From: Gemmatimonadota bacterium | GTDB lineage: Bacteria > Gemmatimonadota > Gemmatimonadetes > Palauibacterales > KS3-K002 | NCBI GenBank assembly: GCA_039586795.1 | Contig: JBDHJS010000060.1 | Coordinates: 1 to 35,715 of the forward strand | Length of the DNA: 35,715 bases | Direction: 5' to 3' | Shown: positions 18,972 through 28,207 of the stretch, one piece after another | Numbering within the stretch: the stretch's first letter is position 1 | Layout: the number at the start of each line of letters is the position of its first letter | Notes under the pieces: model-generated | What the model saw: the letters and a program-made list of their open reading frames with translations, nothing else | What the model was told of the DNA's origin: nothing | Database searches by the model: none | Program-made: the position numbers and the translations under genes

Positions 18972-21038
18972 TCAGGAGCCAGGCTTCACCTGCCGTTTCG
19001 CTGCCGCGATCACATTGTCGGTCGTAAAGCCGAAATGCTTCTGGACGTCTGTTATCGGCGCCGATGCCCCAAAGGTGTCCATGCCGATGACCTCACCTGA
19101 GCGACCCACCCAGCGCTCCCAACCGAGAGACACCGCTTGCTCGACCGCGACCCGAGCCGTGACCGACGGTGGGATAACGCTATCCTGGTACGCCCGATCT
19201 TCTCGCTCGAACAGCTCCCACGACGGCATGCTCACGACCCGCGCCTTGATTCCATCCCTCGCCAGCTGATCTCTCGCATCCAGACAGAGCGGCACCTCGC
19301 TACCGCTCGCCAACAGCAACACATCCGGTTCGCCATCCGTATCAGCGAGCACGTAGGCACCGCGGCGTACACCGCCTGCCGGCCCATACTGTGAACGGTC
19401 GAGCACCGGCAAGCCTTGCCGGCTGAGGGCGAGCGCCGCCGGTTCGTGCCGCAACTCCATCACCAGGCGCCAAGCCTCCGCGGTCTCGTTCGCGTCGGCG
19501 GGACGCAAGACGATCAGTCCGGGGATGGCGCGGAGCGCGGCGAGATGCTCCACCGGCTGGTGCGTCGGCCCATCTTCGCCTACACCGATCGAATCGTGGG
19601 TGAAGACATAGACGACGGGAAGTTCCATCAACGCCGCCAACCGGATCGACGGCCGCATGTAGTCGCTGAATACCAGGAACGTCGCGCCGTACGGCCGCAC
19701 CTTGCTGTGAGAGAGCCCGTTCAGGATCGCTCCCATTGCATGCTCTCGCACACCGAAACGCAGATTGCGCGGCGCGTAGTTCCCGGGCTCGAAGTCGCCC
19801 GCCGCCCCCTCGAACGTTAGCAGCGTCTTGGTCGACGGCGTCAGGTCCGCCGAGCCCCCCATTACCCACGGTACGTGCTGCGCGATGGCGTTCAGTACCT
19901 TGCCGCCCGCCGCCCGGGTCGCCACTCCCTTCTCGTCGGCCGGGAAAACGGGTATATCGCTGTCCCAACCGCTCGGCAGTTCGCTCTTCTGCATCAGCTC
20001 CAGCTGCGCGGCAAGCTCGGGATGCTTCTCTTTGTACGCCGCGAACCGCTCCATCCACTTATCGCGCAGAACGCGGCCCCGAGCGCCGACGCCAGCGGCG
20101 AAATGGTCGGCGACACCGTCCGGCACCAGGAACTGCTCATCCTCCGGCCAACCATAGTTCTGCTTGGCGCCTCGGATCTCCTCTTCGCCCAACGGCGCGC
20201 CGTGGGCGTCGGCGTGATCTTGCTTGGTTGGTGCCCCGAACGCGATGTGCGTATCGGCGACGATGAATGTCGGCCTGTCCGTCGTTTCCTTGAACACCGT
20301 GAACGCGTTCTCCAGTGCGCCGAGGTCGTTCGCGTCCTCCACGCGCACCACGTTCCAACCGTAGGCTTCGAACCGATCGGCGACGCTCTCGCTGAACGCC
20401 AGGTCGGTTGGACCGTCGATGCTGATTCGGTTGCTGTCGTAGATCCAGCACAGATTGGACAGCTTAAGGTGGCCTGCCAGCGATGCAGCCTCCGACGATA
20501 TACCCTCCATCATGCACCCGTCACCGGCGAGGGCGTAGATGTCGTGGTCGATCAGGTCGAAGCCCGGGCGATTGAAATGCTCGGCCATCCAGCGAGCCGC
20601 GATGGCCATACCGACGCTGACCGCGGCCCCCTGCCCCAACGGACCCGTGGTCGTCTCCACACCCGTGGTCAACCGGTACTCAGGATGTCCCGGAGTTCGG
20701 CTGCCCAACTGGCGGAAGTTCTTGATCTGATCGAGGGTTACCGCTGGCTCGTCCAGCACGTTATAGTCGTCATCAACCTGCTTCACACCGGCGAGATGGA
20801 GAAGCGAGTAGATCAGCATAGAGGCATGTCCAGCCGACAGAACGAATCGATCTCGGTTGAACCACAGGGGGTCGCCGGGATCGAAGCGTAGAAACCGTTG
20901 CCACAAGGTGTAGGCCACGGGCGCCATCCCCATCGGCGCTCCGGGGTGGCCGGAGTTCGCCTTCTGAACGGCATCCATGGATAGGGTTCGGATCGTGTTG
21001 ATGGCTAGCTGGTCGAGGTCGGTCGCACCACCACTCAT
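18972..21038 (-). CDS. tkt: Transketolase
   Basis: NSGHPG, RDRFVLSAGH, TTGPLGQG, GDGCMMEG…YDSN (ThDP motif), FGVREHAM and THDSIGVGEDGPTHQP. RBS GGGAGG. Confidence 0.97.
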   Translation of the reverse strand: MSGGATDLDQLAINTIRTLSMDAVQKANSGHPGAPMGMAPVAYTLWQRFLRFDPGDPLWFNRDRFVLSAGHASMLIYSLLHLAGVKQVDDDYNVLDEPAVTLDQIKNFRQLGSRTPGHPEYRLTTGVETTTGPLGQGAAVSVGMAIAARWMAEHFNRPGFDLIDHDIYALAGDGCMMEGISSEAASLAGHLKLSNLCWIYDSNRISIDGPTDLAFSESVADRFEAYGWNVVRVEDANDLGALENAFTVFKETTDRPTFIVADTHIAFGAPTKQDHADAHGAPLGEEEIRGAKQNYGWPEDEQFLVPDGVADHFAAGVGARGRVLRDKWMERFAAYKEKHPELAAQLELMQKSELPSGWDSDIPVFPADEKGVATRAAGGKVLNAIAQHVPWVMGGSADLTPSTKTLLTFEGAAGDFEPGNYAPRNLRFGVREHAMGAILNGLSHSKVRPYGATFLVFSDYMRPSIRLAALMELPVVYVFTHDSIGVGEDGPTHQPVEHLAALRAIPGLIVLRPADANETAEAWRLVMELRHEPAALALSRQGLPVLDRSQYGPAGGVRRGAYVLADTDGEPDVLLLASGSEVPLCLDARDQLARDGIKARVVSMPSWELFEREDRAYQDSVIPPSVTARVAVEQAVSLGWERWVGRSGEVIGMDTFGASAPITDVQKHFGFTTDNVIAAAKRQVKPGS

Positions 21039-21254
21039 TCGTTTCCTCCCAATGCCCCGATAGCGTGAGGGCCATGACAGTATCGGATCCCGGGCGATCC
21101 CCGGGGCCGACCCGTGGACCCGACGGCCTTGATTGAAATTCTGCTACTGATATGACGGCGACAGTATATCCGGCGGCTGCCCTTCGATCAACACGGTCGA
21201 AGCCGGTCTGGCCCACCCTACGCGCAGCCTCTAGCTTCTCGGCGGGGACCGACC

Positions 21255-22970
21255 ATGAGAATGACCCAACTCTTCGGAGAGACACTGCGTTCCGCCCCGG
21301 CTTACGCCGAGGACGAAGGCCACAAACTGTTGCTGCGCGCCGGCTACATGCGGCCGGCGGGTGGAGGCGGATACAGCCTGCTCCCCCTGGGCCTCCGGGC
21401 GCTGCGCAAGATCGAAGCGATCGTTCGGGAGGAGATGTTGGCGATCGGCGGCCAGGAGGTCGCCATGCCCCTTGTCCAACCGGCGGAGGCCGCCCAGCGG
21501 TCGGGGCTGTGGGACGCGGCCGGCGACGAGCTTGCGCGTCTCACCGATCGGGCCGAGCGGCCCTTGGTTCTGGCCCCCAGCCACGAGGAAGGCGCCGCCG
21601 CGCTGGCCGGAGGCGTGGTCGCATCCTATCGGCAGTTACCCGCCACGCTTTTTCAGATCGCCACGGTGTTCCGGGACGAGCCGCGTCCGCGCGGCGGACT
21701 GATGCGGACCCGAGAGTTCACGCTGATGGACTCTTATGCCTTTGCCCGCGACGCAGAAAGTCTGGAAGAGCTGTACGGGAGCCACCTGGAGGCGTTCGCC
21801 CGAATGTTCGAGCGACTGGGCCTCGAGAGCGTGGTCGTCACCGAGGCCGGCGGCGGCGAGCATGAGTACGCCTTCCTAACCGACACGGGCGACGACGCCG
21901 TGGTTCTGTGTGAGGGATGCGGATACACGTCAAACCTGCGGGCGGCGCGCTTCGCGCGTTCCGAGCCACCGATCGAAGAGCCACAGCCTTTAGAAAAGGT
22001 CGCCACGCCCGGCACGAACACGATCGAGTCGCTGGCCGGTTTTCTTGGCGTGCCAGCCAGCCGTACCGCGAAGGTCGTCTTCTTCTCGGCCGACCTCCCG
22101 GCGCGAGGAGCGGTCGTGTTGATGGCTCTGGTCCGCGGCGACATGGAGGTGAGCGAATCGAAGCTGCGATCAGCGATAGGCGCATCGGGACTTTGCCCCG
22201 CCGATGAGGAGTCAATTGCCAATATCGGCGCCAGCGCCGGATATGCATCACCGGTGGGCCTCACGGCGGCGAACCTGTTCGTGGTCGTCGACGAATTGAT
22301 CGCCACATCACCCAACCTCGTGTCCGGCGCCAACCAGGAAGGTTTCCACTTCATCAACGTCAACTTCGGCCGCGACTACGAGGCCGATCTCGTTGCCGAC
22401 ATCGCCCACGTGTTCCGGGACGCCGCCTGCCCCGACTGCACTGCGCCGCTGGAACTAGCCAACAGCATCGAGATCGGCAGCCTGCACCGGTTCCCGCTGG
22501 AATACGCCGATCGGTTGGACGCATGCTTCCAGGATGAGGACGGCGAATCCAAGCCGATGCACATGGCCTCGTTCGGCATCGGGATCAGCCGGCTGTTGGG
22601 TTGCCTGGCAGACGAGCGCCGCGACGACAACGGCTTGGTCATGCCATCGTCCACCGCGCCGTATCACGTACACCTGGTATCGGTTGCCGGCGGTGACGCG
22701 ACGATCATCGAGAAGGCCGATCGGCTCTACGACGAGCTGCGAAAAGCCGGGCTCGAGGTACTATTCGACGACCGAGACACCCGGGGCGGCGTCAAGTTCA
22801 ACGATGCAGACCTCATAGGGTTGCCCGTACGGATCACCATCGGAGCCCGGTCGATCGAGGCGGGCGGCGCGGAAATCAAGCGCCGGGATAGCGAGGACCG
22901 GGAGACCGTCCCTCTGGCCGAGGTCGCTCAGCGGGTCGGGCAACTGGTCGATCCTAGCACGACAACATGA
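21255..22970 (+). CDS. proS: Proline--tRNA ligase-like protein (bacterial type with INS editing domain), divergent catalytic motifs
   Basis: HKLLLRAGY, FRDEPRPRGGLMRTREF, INS domain (TAK, GYASPVG, GAN..GFH), GIGISRL and anticodon domain DDR…GVKFNDADLIG. Several pocket residues are atypical. Confidence 0.85.
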   Translation: MRMTQLFGETLRSAPAYAEDEGHKLLLRAGYMRPAGGGGYSLLPLGLRALRKIEAIVREEMLAIGGQEVAMPLVQPAEAAQRSGLWDAAGDELARLTDRAERPLVLAPSHEEGAAALAGGVVASYRQLPATLFQIATVFRDEPRPRGGLMRTREFTLMDSYAFARDAESLEELYGSHLEAFARMFERLGLESVVVTEAGGGEHEYAFLTDTGDDAVVLCEGCGYTSNLRAARFARSEPPIEEPQPLEKVATPGTNTIESLAGFLGVPASRTAKVVFFSADLPARGAVVLMALVRGDMEVSESKLRSAIGASGLCPADEESIANIGASAGYASPVGLTAANLFVVVDELIATSPNLVSGANQEGFHFINVNFGRDYEADLVADIAHVFRDAACPDCTAPLELANSIEIGSLHRFPLEYADRLDACFQDEDGESKPMHMASFGIGISRLLGCLADERRDDNGLVMPSSTAPYHVHLVSVAGGDATIIEKADRLYDELRKAGLEVLFDDRDTRGGVKFNDADLIGLPVRITIGARSIEAGGAEIKRRDSEDRETVPLAEVAQRVGQLVDPSTTT

Positions 22971-22994
22971 AAAGACCCGGCAGTCGCCGGGTCT
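22970..22994 (-). terminator. Probable intrinsic terminator between convergent proS and the DUF2188-like gene
   Basis: 9-bp stem AGACCCGGC (22973-22981) / GCCGGGTCT (22986-22994) with a 4-nt loop, followed by a short T run on the minus strand. Confidence 0.6.
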
Positions 22995-23024
22995 CAGAAT
23001 AATATACGCCACCGGAATCGCTTC

Positions 23025-23297
23025 TCAGATTCCGAAATCGCGGGTCGCCTGTATCCTCCCCGTCTTCGTCTTGATCTTCAAGATGCCTCGGGCACGCTTC
23101 GCCAGGCGCGTAGCGACCAACACGGCCTCAGGCTTGGTGTCGTAATGACCTTCCAGAGCTTTCTTGCCGTGCTTCTTGATGATCCACTCACCGGAGAGCA
23201 TCTGAACGTAATAGACCGGCGCCTTCTTCTTCGGCCGCTTCCCCGTCCCATTCTTCTTCCGCCTCGTCGGTCGAACCTTCCTCGCCGCCATCGCCAT
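23025..23297 (-). CDS. Small basic DUF2188-like protein
   Basis: Pattern YV….GEWIIKK.G….HYDTK.EAV..A..LAK….LKIK…GRIQ matches DUF2188. Lys/Arg-rich N-terminal tail. GGGGAGG RBS. Confidence 0.75.
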   Translation of the reverse strand: MAMAARKVRPTRRKKNGTGKRPKKKAPVYYVQMLSGEWIIKKHGKKALEGHYDTKPEAVLVATRLAKRARGILKIKTKTGRIQATRDFGI

Positions 23298-23441
23298 CCT
23301 CCCCTTCGGATGTCACGACCTGAACAAATGACGCTGCCTACAGTACGGGGGTATCATCGCGTGGCGCAAGGACTGCCGGGTCGTCTTATCGAACTGCGGA
23401 ACCGCTTTGCCTGAGAGCCAATCTGGGACCAGAATACCTGC

Positions 23442-24332
23442 GTGCCTGAACTACCCGAAGTCCGTCTATATATAGACGCCCTCGAGCGCCGCATACTCGA
23501 TCGGCCGCTGCAGCGGATACGGATCCGCTCCGCCTCGCTGCTCAAGACCTACGAACCGCCGATCGCGGTGGCGGAGGGCCGCAGCGTCAGCGGGATCATG
23601 CGCATCGGCAAGCGAATCGTTTGGGCTCTGGAAGGCGATCACTACCTGGTCTTCCACCTGATGATCGCCGGCCGCTTCCAGTGGAAGGGCCTGGGAGCGG
23701 CGGTGCCGAAGAAGCTCGGTCATGCCGCCTTCGACTTTCCCGCCGGGACCGTGTTGCTGACGGAGGCCGGCTCCAAGAAACGGGCCTCCCTGCACCTGGT
23801 GCGTGGCAGCGAATCCCTCGCCCACTTCGAACGAGGGGGCCTGGAAGTGCTCGACGCCGACCTGGGCGCCTTCCGCGATGCGCTGCTGAGGGAGAACCGG
23901 ACTCTAAAGCGGGCGCTCACCGACCCGCGCATCCTGAGCGGTATAGGCAACGCCCATTCGGACGAGATCCTGTTCGAGGCGCGGCTGTCTCCCGTGAAAC
24001 GGACCCGACAACTCGAAGAAGACGAGATCGCCACGCTGTACGAAGCATCGCGCCGGTCACTCACTGAATGGATCGATCGACTGCAGGCCGAAACCGGAGA
24101 CGCCTTCCCGAAGAAGGTCACCGCGTTTCACCCCGCGATGATGGTCCACGGCAAATACAACGAGCCATGCCCCAGATGCGCCTCACCCATACAGCGGATC
24201 GTCTACGCCAGCAACGAGACCAATTACTGCGCCCGTTGCCAGACAGATGGGAAGCTGCTGCGCGATCGGGCCCTGTCGAGACTGTTGGGTGAGGACTGGC
24301 CGCGGACGTTGGAGGAGCTGGAGGGGGAGTAG
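23442..24332 (+). CDS. Fpg/Nei family DNA glycosylase/AP lyase
   Basis: N-terminal PELPEV, RIGKR, HLMIAGR, H2TH SGIGNAHSDEIL and zinc finger CPRC…YCARCQ. GTG start. Confidence 0.92.
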   Translation: MPELPEVRLYIDALERRILDRPLQRIRIRSASLLKTYEPPIAVAEGRSVSGIMRIGKRIVWALEGDHYLVFHLMIAGRFQWKGLGAAVPKKLGHAAFDFPAGTVLLTEAGSKKRASLHLVRGSESLAHFERGGLEVLDADLGAFRDALLRENRTLKRALTDPRILSGIGNAHSDEILFEARLSPVKRTRQLEEDEIATLYEASRRSLTEWIDRLQAETGDAFPKKVTAFHPAMMVHGKYNEPCPRCASPIQRIVYASNETNYCARCQTDGKLLRDRALSRLLGEDWPRTLEELEGE

Positions 24333-24417
24333 ACGGTAGACGGTTGACGGTAGACGGTGGACAGTGGACGGTGGTGCGACTGTCTACCGTCCACTGTCTA
24401 CCGTCTACCGTCTACTC
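24327..24417. repeat. Palindromic heptamer array (GTAGACG)n…(CGTCTAC)n filling the gap between convergent genes; probable bidirectional terminator or REP-like element
   Basis: GAGTAGACGGTAGACGG (24327-24343) is the exact reverse complement of CCGTCTACCGTCTACTC (24401-24417). About six left and five right units. Confidence 0.85.
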
Positions 24418-25873
24418 AGCTAACGTTCTTCAGTATCCCCAACAGATAGTCCCAGAACTTCTCCACCGTATCGATGTAGATCATCTCGTCGGGCGAGTGT
24501 ACCGCACGCATCGTGGGGCCGAACGACACCATATCCATGCCGGGGTACTTTTCGCCGATGATCCCGCACTCGAGGCCCGCGTGTACGGCGGTGACTTCTG
24601 GCGTCTTACCGTACAGCTCGCGGTAGGTGGCGGTGGCGACCTTCAGAATCGGCGAGTCCATGTTCGGCTTCCATCCAGGGTAGCCGGAATCCTGAACGAC
24701 CTTGGCGCCGCCCAGCTCGAAGATGTCGCTCACGGTCTGAACGATCTCGTCGATCGCCGAGGCGACAGAGCTGCGCTGGCTCGTCTCCAGCGAGATCTTG
24801 CTCTTCTGCGTCGTGATCACGGCAACGTTGGTCGATGTCTCGGCGAGGCCCGGGATGTCATCGCTCATCCGGGTGACGCCGTGCGGCAACGCCGAGATCG
24901 TTTTGACGATGGCCGCTTGCTCGTCCTTCTTGATCACCTGACGCTCGACGTCGCCCGTCTCCTTCTCGAGGGCGAGCGTCACGTCGGGGTCGACGCCGGC
25001 CAGCTCCGCTTTGACGATCTCGTCGAACTTCGACACGGCGCTCTTCGCCTTCCGGACCTTGTCCTTGGGGATGAAGACCAGCGCCTCCGCCTCTCGCGGA
25101 ATGGCGTTCCGCTTGTTGCCGCCCTCGATGTGTGCGAGGCGCGCGCCCAACTCAGCCAGCTCGGCCAGCGCGCGGTTCAGGATCTTGATCGAGTTGCCGC
25201 GGCCTTTATCGATCTCCAAGCCCGAATGGCCGCCCACCAGACCCCTCACCTGCAAACGCATCGGCACCGATCCGCCGGGGGCCCGCATGAAGTTCACCCG
25301 CCAGGTCCCGTTCGTGTCACGTCCGCCGGCGCAACCGACGAACAACACGCCTTCGTCTTCCGAATCGAGGTTCAGCAGCGTGTCGCTCTCGACGAACCCC
25401 GGCTTCAGGAACCCGGCACCGGTGAGCCCGGTCTCTTCGTCGATCGTGAACAGGAACTCCAGCGGCCCGTGCTCCAACGAGTCGTCCGCCATGATCGCCA
25501 GGCTCGTGGCGACAGCGATACCGTTGTCCGCCCCCAGTGTCGTGCCGTTCGCCCGCAACTCGTTGCCATCTCTGACCAGCTCGATGGGGTCCTTCATGAA
25601 GTCGTGTTCCACACCCTTGTTCTTCTCGCATACCATATCGAGGTGGCCCTGCAAGCAGACGCTGGGCGCCGAATCGCGACCGGCCGACGCGGGCTTCTTG
25701 ACCACGACGTTCAGCGCCTTGTCGCGCTTCGCCTGAAGGCCAAGCTCTTTGGCCACACCCATCACGTAGTCTGAGATCTGCTGTTCGTGCTTCGAACAGC
25801 GGGGGATCTCGCTGATCGCGGCAAAATACTTCCACACACCTTCCGGTTTCAGTCCAGCAATCGCGTCAGACAT
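24416..25873 (-). CDS. pepD: Aminoacyl-histidine dipeptidase (peptidase M20C)
   Basis: IPRCSKHE, LQGHLDMVCEK, TTLGADNGI, TIDEETGLTGA, LNLDSED, GGHSG, HAGLECG and HSPDE. RBS GGGAGGAG. Confidence 0.95.
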   Translation of the reverse strand: MSDAIAGLKPEGVWKYFAAISEIPRCSKHEQQISDYVMGVAKELGLQAKRDKALNVVVKKPASAGRDSAPSVCLQGHLDMVCEKNKGVEHDFMKDPIELVRDGNELRANGTTLGADNGIAVATSLAIMADDSLEHGPLEFLFTIDEETGLTGAGFLKPGFVESDTLLNLDSEDEGVLFVGCAGGRDTNGTWRVNFMRAPGGSVPMRLQVRGLVGGHSGLEIDKGRGNSIKILNRALAELAELGARLAHIEGGNKRNAIPREAEALVFIPKDKVRKAKSAVSKFDEIVKAELAGVDPDVTLALEKETGDVERQVIKKDEQAAIVKTISALPHGVTRMSDDIPGLAETSTNVAVITTQKSKISLETSQRSSVASAIDEIVQTVSDIFELGGAKVVQDSGYPGWKPNMDSPILKVATATYRELYGKTPEVTAVHAGLECGIIGEKYPGMDMVSFGPTMRAVHSPDEMIYIDTVEKFWDYLLGILKNVS

Positions 25874-26021
25874 CAGATACTCCTCCCGGGGTCGCAGAGG
25901 GCGGCGCTCGTCAGGCGTCGCCGCCGGCCATGCGGCCGATGAACAGGATTGTTGTTGTGCTGGGGCCTTCGAGGCACAAGATGAGTTGGCGGCCTGCGGG
26001 GAGCAATGCCCCGGCGCCGGC

Positions 26022-27167
26022 TCAGAGTCGCCAGCCGAGCTCCAGGACGTGCTGCGCGTTTCCGCCCAGCACCTTCTTGATGTCGGTCTCCGGGACGCCC
26101 TTGTCGAGCATCATCCGGGTCAACTTGCCGACCTGGGAGGCATCCCGCAGATCGTCCGGCGGGTCGGTGAAACCGTCGAAGTCGGTGCCGATGACCACAT
26201 GGTCCCAAGAGCCCGTGACCTCGTGGATATGCTCCATCGTCTTCCACACGGCTTCGAGGCCATCCTGCGGATGGCGGTCATCCAACCAGTAGGTCATGAA
26301 GATAACGCCGATGGCGCCGCCGGTGTGGGCGATGTGGCGGATCTCGTCGTCGGTGGGGTTGTAGGTGTCGTTCATGAAGCGCCGCACCCCGACGTGGCTG
26401 GCCATCACCGGCCGGTCGGTCCCGACTTCCGCGTAGATCTCCTCCCGGGCTTCCGGCGTGCAATGGGAGACGTCGACGATCATCGATAGCTCGTTCATCT
26501 TCCGCACCAGAGTACGGCCGAAGTCGGTGAGCGGCGGCGGCTTGCCGGCGCCGACGTTCAGCTTGCAGATCTTGCGGATGAACATGTCCTTCGGGATGCC
26601 GTCCGTATGCGAGGCGACGCCGTTGGGATAGAAGTGACACAGCGTGATCATCGCCACCCCTCGGCTCGCCAAAATTCCCAAGTTGTGTTCCATATCGTCG
26701 GGGCTGTCCTCGAAGACGTGGGCGCCCTCGACGCAGTTTACCACGGCGATCTTGCCCGCCTCGCGGATCTGTTTCACGTCGCCCGCCGAGAGCGCCACGG
26801 CGACCCTGTCGGGCTCGCGGTCGATCTCGTCTCGCATCGCATCCATCATCTCCAACAGCCGGTCGAACTGATTGCCGGAGATCTTGCGTTTTAAACCCGG
26901 GACCAACGCCGTAGCCGCCAGGCGTGCTGCCAAGCACTGCTCGAACAGCTCGCGCTCCGGGATATGGTGGGCCGCCCAGATGACGCCGACGCCACCCTTC
27001 GTCAGCATCTCGAAGTCGGAACGCGAAGCGAACGGGTTCCATGCCGATCCCGAAAAGTAGTGCCGCCACAGGTTGCGATTGTACAGGTAGGCCTTGAGGG
27101 AAGGATGGATGTGAACGTCGGTGAACGGCGCTTCGTTGTGAATACGTGCGATATCGTCGTCAGCCAT
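26022..27167 (-). CDS. Membrane dipeptidase-like protein (peptidase M19, amidohydrolase fold)
   Basis: DVHIHP, VEGAH, ITLCHF, LTDFGR, IVDVSHC, ASHVG, GGAIGV, IGTDFDG and LGGNA. ATG 27167 preferred as start. Confidence 0.85.
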   Translation of the reverse strand: MADDDIARIHNEAPFTDVHIHPSLKAYLYNRNLWRHYFSGSAWNPFASRSDFEMLTKGGVGVIWAAHHIPERELFEQCLAARLAATALVPGLKRKISGNQFDRLLEMMDAMRDEIDREPDRVAVALSAGDVKQIREAGKIAVVNCVEGAHVFEDSPDDMEHNLGILASRGVAMITLCHFYPNGVASHTDGIPKDMFIRKICKLNVGAGKPPPLTDFGRTLVRKMNELSMIVDVSHCTPEAREEIYAEVGTDRPVMASHVGVRRFMNDTYNPTDDEIRHIAHTGGAIGVIFMTYWLDDRHPQDGLEAVWKTMEHIHEVTGSWDHVVIGTDFDGFTDPPDDLRDASQVGKLTRMMLDKGVPETDIKKVLGGNAQHVLELGWRL

Positions 27168-27186
27168 AGTCAACAGGTGCTTTGAG

Positions 27187-28206
27187 CTAGAGCTTTGCGA
27201 ACACTTCGCTCGCCAGGTCCGCCGAAGCGATCACCTTGGGCTTCGGTTTTCCGTCATCGTCAGGCCAGCGAACCAGCTGGATCTTGCCGTCGACGATCTC
27301 GAGGCCCGTGATATCCCCGTCGCCAAACGAGCAACATCCCGAGTTGAAGTAGCACGGCTTCACCGCCGCACCCAGCGCTTCGCTAGTCCCGGGAATACCG
27401 CCGTCCTGCGCCTTCACCCATTCCAGTTCAGCGCGCAGCTCCGCCGCCCGCTCGCCCGTTGCCGTCGACAGCTGGCGCTCCAGCTGGGCGTGGTGCGTGA
27501 TGCCGCTAAACACCGGCCGGTGCGTATGGCCGACGATCAGTACGGTCTTCTCCTGCTCTTCCGCCCAACCGTACATGGCCAGATCATGCTTCTCCCGGAG
27601 GATGAAATCCGTGGCCGGCGTCGTCGACGGTTTCTTGAGCAGCCGCTGGACGGGGCGCCAGACGTTCCGCACGACGAACCTGGAGATCCACTTGTACTTG
27701 TCGCTCATCGTCGTGCCCTGGTGGCCATGCGCTAGAAAGATCGTTCCGATGTCCGCATCGCCCTTCCGTACCCTGAAGCGCGCGCCCTCCTTCACCTCGA
27801 GTCCGGGATAGAACTCGTCCAGAAACTTCATCACCGACCGGGGCGACTCCCACTGATCGTCATGGTTGCCGAAGAAACGCAGGTAGCGACCGTCGCGGTG
27901 GAAGTTCGCCTCCAGCGCCAGCGTGTAGCCGTAGTTCGCGATGACATCCTTGGGGCGACACTCCCAGAGCTCCTCAACGTCGCCCAGAGCCATCAGCGTG
28001 TAGCCTTTCGCGAAGTAGTAGCCCAGGGCGGCGTTGTAGGCCCGCTCGCAGCGCCGGAAGTCGTCGGCGCCGTCACGCTGTCCTTTGTGCTGATCGGAGA
28101 AGACTATGACGCGGGCTGACTCGAGGTCGAGTACTGTTTCGTGCTGCGCCTCGGAGTCGAACAGCTCCTGTAACTGCGCGTGGATTCGCTCGCGCTCTGC
28201 AGCCAT
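27187..28206 (-). CDS. Calcineurin-like metallophosphoesterase
   Basis: All five motifs are present: SDQH, LGDVEE, GNHD, AHGH and GHTH. Also YFNSG. Confidence 0.88.
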   Translation of the reverse strand: MAAERERIHAQLQELFDSEAQHETVLDLESARVIVFSDQHKGQRDGADDFRRCERAYNAALGYYFAKGYTLMALGDVEELWECRPKDVIANYGYTLALEANFHRDGRYLRFFGNHDDQWESPRSVMKFLDEFYPGLEVKEGARFRVRKGDADIGTIFLAHGHQGTTMSDKYKWISRFVVRNVWRPVQRLLKKPSTTPATDFILREKHDLAMYGWAEEQEKTVLIVGHTHRPVFSGITHHAQLERQLSTATGERAAELRAELEWVKAQDGGIPGTSEALGAAVKPCYFNSGCCSFGDGDITGLEIVDGKIQLVRWPDDDGKPKPKVIASADLASEVFAKL

Positions 28207-28207
28207 G

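Noticed and set aside
21039..21254. T-box riboswitch upstream of proS
   Set aside because: No T-box consensus (GGTGGnACCGCG-like) or terminator hairpin with U-tract is visible.
24327..24417. CRISPR array (also considered for 7269-7443 and 31369-35715)
   Set aside because: No identical direct repeats separated by unique spacers and no cas genes. The repeats are heptameric, palindromic or protein-coding.
24344..25774. 476-aa plus-strand ORF starting in the heptamer repeat
   Set aside because: Antisense to pepD; its N-terminus is only translated heptamer repeat.
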